From NCBI GenBank assembly GCA_021805205.1, contig JAJZFV010000055.1, forward strand, positions 17,287 through 81,286: 64,000 nt of DNA, given 5' to 3'. This document shows positions 38,838 through 49,505 of this stretch, one piece after another. Made by a program: the position numbers and the translations under genes. Below the pieces are notes generated by a model that was given only the letters and a program-made list of their open reading frames with translations, was not told where the DNA came from and did not search any database. Within the stretch, counting starts at the first letter, position 1, and each line of letters begins with the position of its first letter. Source of the DNA: Actinomycetes bacterium. GTDB lineage: Bacteria; Actinomycetota; Acidimicrobiia; Acidimicrobiales; Acidimicrobiaceae.

Positions 38838-39380
38838 TTAGGAGACCTTTACTACCGAGAGAGACCAGTCACAACTTGACTCAACTTTAAATTGCGCAAT
38901 TGGGGTTGCGACTCCGTCGAAGGTTCCCGAAACAAAGCCCCCTGAGTCCACGGTCTTATCGACTGCCACGGTCGACTTTACCCCAGTATTAGAGATGGAT
39001 ATAAGGTCGATCTTGAAGACACTCGAAGCAGCGGCATCTTGGCAGTCGGCACTCCAGACTCCAGTCCAATCGAAGTTGAAGTCGTCGACGCGAGAGACGC
39101 GAGTCGTATGCCCCGCGATCGAAAGCACCGTAACTCCTTTTACAAGTTTCTCTGAACCCGAGTCGACCTTGGTAAAAGATTGACTCTCTGAGGCCTGCGC
39201 GTCAGTTGTTGCAGTGGCCTGACTCTGTATCCTAACTCGACTTAAGTTAGCACTTTGAACGTTGGATACGAGCTGCTCTACGAGGACTGCGCTAACTCCA
39301 AGGGCCCCAACAACAGCTAAGGCCATCGCCAAGTTGATCTTTCGTCCCAGTGTCAACTTAGAATTTGCCATTACCACCAT
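38838..39380 (-). CDS. Hypothetical membrane-anchored secreted protein
   Basis: N-terminal TM helix, beta-rich domain with a Cys pair (WSADC...SSCDWSL), GGAG RBS. Confidence 0.65.
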   Translation of the reverse strand: MVVMANSKLTLGRKINLAMALAVVGALGVSAVLVEQLVSNVQSANLSRVRIQSQATATTDAQASESQSFTKVDSGSEKLVKGVTVLSIAGHTTRVSRVDDFNFDWTGVWSADCQDAAASSVFKIDLISISNTGVKSTVAVDKTVDSGGFVSGTFDGVATPIAQFKVESSCDWSLSVVKVS

Positions 39381-39542
39381 CTCCGGCTAGTGGTCCAATT
39401 CTACTCCAGTAAAATCACTTTTCCATGGGATAGGCGAGGCTGACCAACCCATCTGACCATTCTGCGAACCACGAATGACGTAGGTCACACAAATTTATTT
39501 AACTTTAAAGGAATCATATCTAACGGACGATGTTATTAGTAT

Positions 39543-39593
39543 TGCAACTTCCCCCAAGTATGTAGACCAGCTCCTTCCCCCAAGGAGCTGGTC
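39543..39593 (+). ncRNA. 6C-like small RNA (two tandem hairpins with CCCCC loops)
   Basis: UGCAACUU-CCCCC-AAGUAUGUA immediately followed by GACCAGCUCCUU-CCCCC-AAGGAGCUGGUC, in an intergenic region. Confidence 0.7.
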
Positions 39594-39708
39594 AATCCCT
39601 TTAAAAGTCTATTTATTGTCTAAGACAATAAAGATTGAGTTCGGCCCTCAAAAAAGAGGAAATCCCAGAAGAGTCCTCTCTCATAGTGGATATTTTTTGA
39701 ATTAGAGA

Positions 39709-39999
39709 TTAAGGCGCAGCTGACTTGGCGCCAATTGGAACCATATCCAACTTAGTCTTTGCCAAATAAGCGATCTCATTTGGGTTGCTCAATTGTCCTA
39801 TCTGATTGGTTATCTGTCGATTTTGAAGCTGTAACGCTTGGACTTGAGCCCTTGTTGCGTTCAATAGCGCCCGCTCATTCATATAACCAGTGATTGGTTT
39901 CCAGAGAAGTGATGCCGCGATAGCGGTGGTGGCAACAAAAACCGCGAGGCCTTTGAGCGTTGCCGACTTTGCTTTTTGATTCACCTTCGAGTGCTGCAT
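39709..39999 (-). CDS. ftsB: Septum formation initiator FtsB/DivIC family
   Basis: Short basic N-terminus, TM helix, coiled coil, L.NP..I..LAK.KL.MV..G motif, directly downstream of eno. Start uncertain. Confidence 0.75.
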   Translation of the reverse strand: MQHSKVNQKAKSATLKGLAVFVATTAIAASLLWKPITGYMNERALLNATRAQVQALQLQNRQITNQIGQLSNPNEIAYLAKTKLDMVPIGAKSAAP

Positions 40000-40059
40000 C
40001 TTTGTCAAGATTACCATCAAATTACAATGATGCAACACTCGAGGCTATTTTGTGACTAA

Positions 40060-41349
<1,290 letters not shown>

Positions 41350-41557
41350 TCAAAAAAGAAGGCAATGTTCGCCAATGTTTTCTATACCCTAACCGCCGAT
41401 ACAATCATGCAAAGTCGGGGAATCCAAAATCAGAAATTGGGGAAAATTTCGCCCATGAATTTCAGGGGAAATTTGATCGAACTCGGCAGCTCAATTGCAA
41501 AATATCCAAATCCAACTGGTGTGATCAGCGAGATCTACACCATTTCTTTGGTGCCAA

Positions 41558-42949
41558 TTAGTTCGATTCGCTGTATCGTCGCGCAAAGTTGGCCGATGCC
41601 TCTTTCAATGCGCTCTCTAGGTCTATTCCACGAAGCTTTGAGACCTCCGATAGTAGAAAGAGAAGTTCGCCAAAGTCCTGCGAATCGAGGCTTTCGAGCG
41701 ATTCGAATTGCGACAATCGCCTCTGGTACTCTTGAATCTCTTGTGGTCCATACCCAAAGGCACTCGCCTTTCTAATCAACTTTGCCGAATAGAGAAGGGC
41801 AGGTAGGGATTTTGGAACCGAATCATCTGGTGAGGTGATCTTCTTCTCACCTCGCTTGATATCCTCCCAATTAGAGGCGACCTCATCAACGCCAGAGACT
41901 TCGAGTCCATCAAATACGTGGGGGTGTCGACGGATCAACTTGTCGCGAATTGCCCCAACGACATAACCAAGGTCGAAGTAACCTCTCTCGGCCCCGATGA
42001 CGCCATGAAACAATACTTGGACTAGAAGATCGCCAAGTTCAAGTGCTAATTCGTCTGCAAAGTACTGGACCTCACTCGATTCAAGGTCCCCACCATCACC
42101 TTTTGCCAGCTCCTCCTCGTAGGCAGCGATGGCGTCGATCGCCTCATATACCTCTTCGATCAAGTGCTTACCAAGTGAAGTATGGCTCTGCTTTTGATCC
42201 CATGGGCACTCCCGGCGAAGACGCTTTACCACCTCGAAGAGTTGGTTGAAGTTTGAGATTGTCGAGCCCGTCAAACCAGAGATATAGAGCGATGTCAGGT
42301 GGTCAAAGGCTAATGTCGGAAGATCTGATAGCCCAACCTCTCGTACAATCTCGTCTTCTAGACCAAGGTGATAGAGGTAGGTAAGGCCCCCAAATGAAAG
42401 CTGATAGTTAGAGAGGCAGTCGGCCACGATAATGGCGATCTCCTCGCTCCAGATCTGACTCAGTAGAACGTTGCCAAACTGCAATGATTCATCGTTGACA
42501 AAGTCGATTGAGTCCACCAAGCGAAGTCCCTCAGCAAAGGGGTCGATGGCCAACTTGGCAACCGTCAAGTCGAAGAACGATACCCCAGGGAGAACCTCTA
42601 ATACTGGGATCTTCCCCTTGAGTAGATCCACCGTTGCCTCCGCGAAGAGAGGAGAGCCCGGTACCAGATATACAAAGTAACCATCTTCGCCCCCGTTACC
42701 CACCTCTGCCACTAGGGCCTTAGCAATTGAGGCGTAAAGGTCTTCAAAGTCGTCCATCTCCTCATAGAGGTCGTCAAACGATTGATGAGCGATGGAATTT
42801 CTATCGAGTACTTCTACTACGTCATCTACGCCGGGGTGGACATAGGTCCTAAAGTAAACCTTCTTGGCACCATAGATCGCATCCCACGTCTCTTGGGTTA
42901 TTCTTCCGATTCCACCCGGTCCGAGTCCACCGACAGTCAACTTTGCCAC
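41558..42949 (-). CDS. mazG: Tetrapyrrole-methylase-like/MazG fusion (YabN-like nucleotide pyrophosphohydrolase)
   Basis: N-terminal GLGPG...RT..HP...SFD..YE...VPGSP..AE..V, then CPWD.KQ...EEVYE...ELGD...KLIRRHPHVF. Confidence 0.9.
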   Translation of the reverse strand: MAKLTVGGLGPGGIGRITQETWDAIYGAKKVYFRTYVHPGVDDVVEVLDRNSIAHQSFDDLYEEMDDFEDLYASIAKALVAEVGNGGEDGYFVYLVPGSPLFAEATVDLLKGKIPVLEVLPGVSFFDLTVAKLAIDPFAEGLRLVDSIDFVNDESLQFGNVLLSQIWSEEIAIIVADCLSNYQLSFGGLTYLYHLGLEDEIVREVGLSDLPTLAFDHLTSLYISGLTGSTISNFNQLFEVVKRLRRECPWDQKQSHTSLGKHLIEEVYEAIDAIAAYEEELAKGDGGDLESSEVQYFADELALELGDLLVQVLFHGVIGAERGYFDLGYVVGAIRDKLIRRHPHVFDGLEVSGVDEVASNWEDIKRGEKKITSPDDSVPKSLPALLYSAKLIRKASAFGYGPQEIQEYQRRLSQFESLESLDSQDFGELLFLLSEVSKLRGIDLESALKEASANFARRYSESN

Positions 42950-43039
42950 TTACAAGATCCTTTTTGTCTCAAAAACTAACAAACCGACATCTGACGACCT
43001 CGCCGGACTCTACCGGAAAAACCGCTTCCAGATACCGCC

Positions 43040-44080
43040 TTAGGGTGCTGGTGTCGATGGCGCTGTGATATTTAGACCAGAGACACTTGCGGTGAAGGTT
43101 CCGTACTGAGGGTTAACCGAGACGTTGGCGCTCTTTGCCGCCCCTGCCACGAATGCATTTACCACTGCCCCACCGGTTGATCCAAGCTTGGTCGTAGCAA
43201 TTGCCGCAAGGGATTGAGAGAAGGAGAGCTGGGTCCTTGAAGTAACAAATGGGATGGAGTATCCACTTCCAACCGCAACAATGGGAAGTGGCTTATTGAC
43301 TGGTCCGGTCGTAATCTCACTTGCAAATGAGGCGCCAAAGGAGGATGAGAATTGACTTGGAAGGGCACACCCAATGTAACCGCCGTTTTGCGCAGTGGTG
43401 GAATCGGCGGAGCTCGTTCTGGCCAAAACTGGGAAGCTCGATCCCGAGTTCAGCTTGGCAAGGATGGCATTAGCCGCAGATGCAGTAGTTGAGAGGATGT
43501 GAGCGGCGCAGATGTTTACATAGCTACTCATGTGAGAGTTGTAATAGCTCTGAAGCGATGCTAGGGAAAAGTCTGTTTTGGTAAGGCTACCCTCGATAGT
43601 GATGAGGGCAGCATAGTCATCAACTATCTCTAACTGATAGCTCTTTGGGAATGCATCGAAGATCGATGATCCACCGTAGCTAGAAATGGCGAGGGCAGTT
43701 CCAATAGTTATCTGATCAGAACCTATCTTCATACCGCTCTTCTTCAGCGCCTGCTTGATCAAGTCGAACGTTATTCTTCGTTGCAAAACTTTGTCGACAA
43801 ATGAGGTTGACAAAACGTACTGCGGGGTAGCAGAGTGTTGATTTTCAATCGTTGCTCCAGTAGATGCTGAAGTTAGCTGCTTTACAAAAGCGCTATTGCC
43901 CAAGAGCGCCTTCAACTCAGTATTCAATTGAGACTGAGTGATAGCCTGACTTCCAACTTGAGCCGCTACCGGTGAATAGGAGCAGGCCGCCAATGTGGTG
44001 GATGCGCCGAATAATGCGACTACTGGAATGACTCTGCTTCTTATCTTTTTACCTGACGTTGACAATTTCGCTCTTCTCAC
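43040..44080 (-). CDS. SurA/PrsA-like peptidyl-prolyl isomerase lipoprotein
   Basis: Lipobox LAAC, parvulin motifs HIL...F..LA...S.D...NGG..G, VNPQYG; located between mfd and mazG. Confidence 0.8.
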   Translation of the reverse strand: MRRAKLSTSGKKIRSRVIPVVALFGASTTLAACSYSPVAAQVGSQAITQSQLNTELKALLGNSAFVKQLTSASTGATIENQHSATPQYVLSTSFVDKVLQRRITFDLIKQALKKSGMKIGSDQITIGTALAISSYGGSSIFDAFPKSYQLEIVDDYAALITIEGSLTKTDFSLASLQSYYNSHMSSYVNICAAHILSTTASAANAILAKLNSGSSFPVLARTSSADSTTAQNGGYIGCALPSQFSSSFGASFASEITTGPVNKPLPIVAVGSGYSIPFVTSRTQLSFSQSLAAIATTKLGSTGGAVVNAFVAGAAKSANVSVNPQYGTFTASVSGLNITAPSTPAP

Positions 44081-44181
44081 AATTACGCTGCTTCCATTAC
44101 GAACTAAGGAACTAACTTCGCGGTCGAACCAATGCCCAAATCACCTTATAAAGTCAACCACGCCGAGTAACTACTTTACTA

Positions 44182-44733
44182 TCAACCATTTCCTGGGTCT
44201 AACTCAAGGTCGAGGGCTGCGATAAAGGTATCGATCGCCGAAGAAAAGGTCGCAAAGGCCTCTGCATAGTCTCCGTGCTTTTGTAGCTCAGTGATTGACA
44301 TATGAATAGCGAGGGAGACACCGATCAATATCTCGTGTATCTGAGCGAAGGTCTCGACTGCTATCTCTTCGACATCTGGGTCGTCGAGGTCATCGATTCC
44401 AGCCACCATCATGCTAGAGCATACTTCAACCATGGAATCTTCGAAGTGGTACGAGGCCGAACCGGGGATCGATCCCTTGTTAATCTCATTTAGCAACTTC
44501 AATAGATCGACATGAAGATTCTCCGCGACAGGAACCTCGAAGACCACCGATACCAAGGCTTGATCGCTCTCGATCGATAGCGTCACCACATAACCGAGCT
44601 CGAGACTCTCGGTTGTAACACCACCCATGCAGGTCGAAGTGTCTTCACCCTCTTCAATGGTCCATCCCGACTCACTGAGGAATCGGATAAGGGATGTGGC
44701 ATAGGGCGTGTAGTACTTCTCTGAATCTTCCAT
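44182..44733 (-). CDS. Highly acidic hypothetical protein, YbjN/T3SS-chaperone-like fold possible
   Basis: GGAG RBS, LL.LLNEIN motif reminiscent of YbjN, very D/E-rich. Confidence 0.6.
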   Translation of the reverse strand: MEDSEKYYTPYATSLIRFLSESGWTIEEGEDTSTCMGGVTTESLELGYVVTLSIESDQALVSVVFEVPVAENLHVDLLKLLNEINKGSIPGSASYHFEDSMVEVCSSMMVAGIDDLDDPDVEEIAVETFAQIHEILIGVSLAIHMSITELQKHGDYAEAFATFSSAIDTFIAALDLELDPGNG

Positions 44734-44799
44734 ATTTACTCCAGTTTTAGGTCTTTATAAATCCCAAAGACTTCGACTACTTCGCGCGCCAAAAGACAA

Positions 44800-47700
44800 C
44801 TACTTCGACCTACTAATAATAAGGTCCAGAAGCTCCTTTGTCGTCGCAAGCACCTCATGGCCTGCGCCACAGTCGATATCAAGGGTCGAACTCTTGTCGC
44901 GGAATGCCACCGCCCTAAAACGGCGCTTCAGATTAGCCATTACGCTAGCTGGCACGCTTGCCCCAACTAATACGATCCGAAGAGAACTGTCAAAAGAGGA
45001 AGACTTCATCGTCACCTTTAGTTCAACCAATCCAAGTACAGAGGCTCGATTGCGAATCTTAGTTATCTCACCTAGGACATTGAGTGGCTCTGGGGTTGGG
45101 CCGAAGCGATCGGCAAAGCCAGCAAGGGCGCTATCGACCGCCTCGTCGCTGTCGCAGTCGGCCAGCTCTTTATAGGCTTCGAGGCGAAGGTCCTCTTTTT
45201 CGATATACTCGGGCGGAATTGAGGCACTGATCGGTATCTCAATTCGGCACTCTGGCACCACTGGCGTTGCCTCGCCATTGAGATAGTCGATCGCCTCCTT
45301 TACCAACTTGACATAAAGGTCGTAGCCGACCGCTGCAATGTGGCCACTTTGACTCTGCCCCAATAAGCTGCCGGCCCCTCGAATCTCGAGGTCTCTCATT
45401 GCAATCTTAAAGCCCGAACCAAGTTCAACCGCCTCGCCAATGGTCTTGAGCCTCTCATATGCCTCTTCGGTCAATTTTCGATTGGGAGTATGAAAGAGAT
45501 AAGCGTAGGCTTTGATCCCAGCCCTTCCTACTCGGCCGCGAAGTTGGTGAAGTTGTCCTAATCCAAGGCTCTCAGCACGGTTGACCACCAAAGTATTTAC
45601 AGTGGGCATATCTATACCCGATTCAATGATGGTGGTACAGACCAAGACATCGTAGTTGCCCCTCCAAAAGTCATCGACGATCCTCTCTAGGAGGCTCTCA
45701 TCCATTTGACCGTGGGCTACCGCAATACGAGCCTCTGGAACCAAGGTCGAAAGGCGCATAGCCACCTGATCGATGTCCATCACGCGGTTGTGGACGTAGA
45801 ATACTTGTCCCTCTCGAAGGAGTTCTCGCCTTATCGCCTCGACCACGGCGCCCTCTTCGTAACCGCCGACGTAGGTCATAATGGGTTGCCGCGCACCTGG
45901 TGGTGTGGTCAAGAGGGAGAGGTCGCGAATACCTGTTAGTGACATCTCAAGCGTTCTAGGTATCGGTGTTGCGCTCATCGTAAGCACATCGATATTGACA
46001 GAGATCGACTTAATCAACTCTTTGTGGTTGACCCCAAAGCGCTGCTCTTCATCTACGATCAAAAGCCCTAAATTGGCAAATTTAACGTCCTTTGAAAGTA
46101 GGCGGTGGGTCCCGATTATGACATCTACCTCACCTCGAGCCAGGGCAGAGAGTGTCTCTTTGACCTCCTGCGGGCTCTGAAAGCGCGAGACCACCTCCAC
46201 CCGGAGTGGAAAGGGTGCAAAGCGTTCTGAGAAGGTAACATAGTGTTGGTGAGCCAGGAGAGTTGTTGGAACAAGAACTGCCACCTGCTTCGAAGATTGT
46301 GTCGCCTTAAAGGCCGCTCGAATCGCCACTTCAGTCTTACCAAAGCCAACATCGCCGCAGATGAGTCGGTCCATTGGCCTCTCCGACTCCATATCTTCCT
46401 TGACCATCTCGATCGCCTTTGCCTGATCTCTGGTCAGGGTAAATGGGAATTGATCTTCCATCTCCCGCTGCCACTCATTGTCCGGCGCAAATACGAAGCC
46501 CTTGCTCGCTTGCCTCTTCTGATAGAGAAGTACTAGCTCCTGGGCCACTCTCTCGACCGAGGCCTTTACTTTGGCCTTGGTCTTTTGCCAATCCGAACCT
46601 CCGAGGCGGCTCAAGGTCGGATTTTCACCGCCGCTGTAGGGGGTCAGAGCACCCATTTGGTCGGTAGGTATAAAGAGTTTGCCGCTATCTCGATATTCGA
46701 TCTCAAGGTAGTCGCGTTCTACATTTGCGATCGATCTCCGAACGATACCGAGGTATCTACCAACACCGTGAAACTCATGGACGACATAACCGCCAACCTT
46801 GAGATCATCAAAGAACGATGTGGTATTGCGTGCACTTCCTTGGGCATAGATCGAGGTACGCTTTGCCCGGCGCCCAGCTAAATCCGCTGTTCCCATCACA
46901 ACTAGGGAGGCGCTGTGGCAGCGAAATCCAACCTCAAGTTCGCTTAAGTAGACGCCAACACCCTTTTTGGCTCCACTTATAAGAGCATCAAAGTCGCTAC
47001 GATTTCGAATTGCGAAGGCACCCACGCCCTCATCCTTCAACGATGCGATGATTCGATTTGCAGAGTACGGAGCATCGGTCGAGATCAGTACCCGCGCTTT
47101 AGCGGCCAAGTCGCTCCGTATTGAACTTACGATGGACTCGCTTCGATGGTCAGGGAGAGACGCCGATATAAACGGCAGATCCACCTCTCCATGGATGGGG
47201 TTCATCACACGATCTACCACTTTGATCTCACTGCGGTTCAAAGCGTCGTTTAGATCTACATATAGCGATACATCTTCGGTCTCGACTTGCCAAGTGGGAG
47301 CAAGGGCGGCAATCAGAGCCTTCTCTTCGTCGAGGATTGCTAACGTTCGCTCCGCAACTCGGCCTCTATCCGAGATCAGAACTAAGTCATCGCCCCTCAA
47401 AAGGTCAAAGACTGACCTCTGGAAGTCATCGATGAAGGGAACGAATGACTCCATGCCTTCGAAGAAACCCTCGTTGATGAAGCGCTCTAGGACCGGCTGG
47501 AGGTTTTCGCTGGAGCCGATCCTGTCAACCAAGGAGTCGATCATAGAGGGGTTTGGCCGTACCTCTCGAACTGGAAATATGGTAATCGAATCTACGGGGT
47601 TGATGGCTAACTGATCTGCTAGAGAGAACTCCACAAGGCGATCTATCTCATCGCCGAAGAGGTCGATTCGAATCGGCAACGACCTCGCGGGAGGAAAAAC

Positions 47701-48270
47701 GTCCACGATCGATCCTCTTACCGAAAATTCCCCTGGACCCTCAACCTGATATACCCTTTTGAAACCAAAGGCCACAAGATCTCGAGTTAGCTTGTCTCGA
47801 TCGATCTCGCCACCTACTCGAACCTCGATAGGATTGAATTTGTATTGGGAGAGCTCGATCTTTTGAGCGACACCGCGGGCAGTCGCTACTACCACCAATC
47901 GCCGCTTATGCTCACCTTGGCCTCGATTTGAAAGGTGCCAGATCGCCTTAGCGCGCGCAGTCATCGACTCAAAGCGGGGCGACACCCTCTCGAAGGGAAG
48001 AGTATCCCAACTCGGTAGAGTCAAGACATCAAATCGGTGCTCGAACTCCCGAAGGTCAAAGATTAGGTGCTCAACGTCCGAAAGGGTGGGAACCACAACC
48101 AGAAGGACGCCATCTTTCGGAAGGTCGCTAACGAGGTGTTCGATGGCGAATGGGAATCCACCCTCCGAGATAGCAAAGTCCGCAGGAGCCTTAGCCTTCA
48201 ATTGAGAAAAGACGCCCCGCGACTTGAGATGGCCTACTATGCAGTCGCTTATAAGGGCGTTAGCTACCAT
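44800..48270 (-). CDS. mfd: Transcription-repair coupling factor
   Basis: WDTLPFERVSP, GEFSVRG, VVHEFHGVG, MDRLICGDVGFGKTE, DEEQRFG, SATPIPRT, QLRGRVGR, DLEIRGAG, TRCF domain. Confidence 0.98.
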   Translation of the reverse strand: MVANALISDCIVGHLKSRGVFSQLKAKAPADFAISEGGFPFAIEHLVSDLPKDGVLLVVVPTLSDVEHLIFDLREFEHRFDVLTLPSWDTLPFERVSPRFESMTARAKAIWHLSNRGQGEHKRRLVVVATARGVAQKIELSQYKFNPIEVRVGGEIDRDKLTRDLVAFGFKRVYQVEGPGEFSVRGSIVDVFPPARSLPIRIDLFGDEIDRLVEFSLADQLAINPVDSITIFPVREVRPNPSMIDSLVDRIGSSENLQPVLERFINEGFFEGMESFVPFIDDFQRSVFDLLRGDDLVLISDRGRVAERTLAILDEEKALIAALAPTWQVETEDVSLYVDLNDALNRSEIKVVDRVMNPIHGEVDLPFISASLPDHRSESIVSSIRSDLAAKARVLISTDAPYSANRIIASLKDEGVGAFAIRNRSDFDALISGAKKGVGVYLSELEVGFRCHSASLVVMGTADLAGRRAKRTSIYAQGSARNTTSFFDDLKVGGYVVHEFHGVGRYLGIVRRSIANVERDYLEIEYRDSGKLFIPTDQMGALTPYSGGENPTLSRLGGSDWQKTKAKVKASVERVAQELVLLYQKRQASKGFVFAPDNEWQREMEDQFPFTLTRDQAKAIEMVKEDMESERPMDRLICGDVGFGKTEVAIRAAFKATQSSKQVAVLVPTTLLAHQHYVTFSERFAPFPLRVEVVSRFQSPQEVKETLSALARGEVDVIIGTHRLLSKDVKFANLGLLIVDEEQRFGVNHKELIKSISVNIDVLTMSATPIPRTLEMSLTGIRDLSLLTTPPGARQPIMTYVGGYEEGAVVEAIRRELLREGQVFYVHNRVMDIDQVAMRLSTLVPEARIAVAHGQMDESLLERIVDDFWRGNYDVLVCTTIIESGIDMPTVNTLVVNRAESLGLGQLHQLRGRVGRAGIKAYAYLFHTPNRKLTEEAYERLKTIGEAVELGSGFKIAMRDLEIRGAGSLLGQSQSGHIAAVGYDLYVKLVKEAIDYLNGEATPVVPECRIEIPISASIPPEYIEKEDLRLEAYKELADCDSDEAVDSALAGFADRFGPTPEPLNVLGEITKIRNRASVLGLVELKVTMKSSSFDSSLRIVLVGASVPASVMANLKRRFRAVAFRDKSSTLDIDCGAGHEVLATTKELLDLIISRSK

Positions 48271-48838
48271 TTATTTCGTTCATCGCAACGTCTACGCCCT
48301 TATCGAGAATCAGATTTATGGCATCGCTTGCTACCTCAAGAGCGACGTTGAAACTATCTCTTTCAGTCGGCTTGAGGCGCTCAAGAACGTAGTCCCTAAC
48401 TTGATGGCCCCCTGTTGGTCGCCCGATTCCGATTCGGACACGAACGAAATCACTCGAGTTAGCTGAGGCAACGATAGAAGTCAACCCTCTATGGCCTGCT
48501 ACGCCACCGCCGCGCTTGACCTTCACTACACCTGGAGGTAGATCCAATTCATCGTGGACTACTATGAGGTCCTCGAGTGCCTTGAGCTTATATCTTTTGT
48601 TAAGGCCACTAAGTGCTCGCCCGGAGTCGTTCATAAATGTCTGCGGAAGAGCAAATGCAATTAAGTTAGAGATATCTTGCTCTTCGGCTAGGAGGCTATG
48701 GCTTCTAAGCGAAGGCACCATTCGTAGCCCTCGCTTTTCAGCAGCCATCTTTACGGCAACCGCCCCTAGATTATGGCGGGTACCCTCAAATTCACGCCCC
48801 GGATTGCCGAGGCCCATGACGACCCTAACGTGCCGCAA
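48260..48838 (-). CDS. pth: Peptidyl-tRNA hydrolase
   Basis: GLGNPG, TRHN, PQTFMN.SG, HDELD, GH.GL, RVRIGIGRP. Confidence 0.96.
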   Translation of the reverse strand: MRHVRVVMGLGNPGREFEGTRHNLGAVAVKMAAEKRGLRMVPSLRSHSLLAEEQDISNLIAFALPQTFMNDSGRALSGLNKRYKLKALEDLIVVHDELDLPPGVVKVKRGGGVAGHRGLTSIVASANSSDFVRVRIGIGRPTGGHQVRDYVLERLKPTERDSFNVALEVASDAINLILDKGVDVAMNEINGS

Positions 48839-48847
48839 AGTTCTCCC

Positions 48848-49384
48848 TTATTCGCTTGCGACCACTTCTGAGGTGACTGCTACAACCGCATCTGGATCAC
48901 TTGCGAGCTTAACGCCCTTTGGAAGTATCAACCCAGAGGCTACAAGTTGTCCATCGACTAGTTGATCGGCGGTGATCTCGATGTTTACCGGGATCGACGA
49001 GGTAGAGCCAGATAGTTCAACTTGACCAACGTTGAGGTTTACACCTTCACCGGCGACTAGGGCAACGGTAACTGTAACTTGCTGATCCGCCGAGAGCAGT
49101 TGAAAGTCGATGTGGAGAAGGTTACGACGTACAGGATGACGCTGGATCTCCTTGACCAAGGTTGACTTGGTCTCACCGCCGAGGTCAATCTCGACGATCG
49201 ATCCAACTACTTTACGGTGGCCGACTAAGGCGTTTAGCTCACGAGCATCCACTGCTAGAGAGATCGGCTCCATGCCCTTTCCGTAAAGGGATGCAGGAAC
49301 AAGCCCTTCGTCGTTGCGAAGGCGACTAGACGATCGGCTTCCTTCAACTCTTCCTAATACAGCTTTGAGAAGCAACTCAGACAC
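48848..49384 (-). CDS. rplY: 50S ribosomal protein L25/Ctc
   Basis: SRLR...VPA.LYG, KEIQRHPV...LHIDF; prs-rplY-pth synteny. Confidence 0.93.
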   Translation of the reverse strand: MSELLLKAVLGRVEGSRSSSRLRNDEGLVPASLYGKGMEPISLAVDARELNALVGHRKVVGSIVEIDLGGETKSTLVKEIQRHPVRRNLLHIDFQLLSADQQVTVTVALVAGEGVNLNVGQVELSGSTSSIPVNIEITADQLVDGQLVASGLILPKGVKLASDPDAVVAVTSEVVASE

Positions 49385-49505
49385 GTAGCACCAACCTATT
49401 TACATAAAAAAACTGAAAGCCTTAGATAAAGACCCTAAAAGTGACTCAGAACAGCATAATAGCTTCAATCCGTCACACTTCATTCATAGAGCGATTATGG
49501 CCTAC

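Noticed and set aside
28810-39400. Mobile element or prophage carrying the cox operon
   Set aside because: No integrase, transposase, att repeats or evident compositional shift.
46967-47614. Long plus-strand ORF (215 aa) and similar ORFs at 28571, 41197 and 48516
   Set aside because: Antisense shadows of well-supported genes (mfd, coxG/DUF501, eno/mazG, pth/rplY) with S/R-rich non-protein-like composition.
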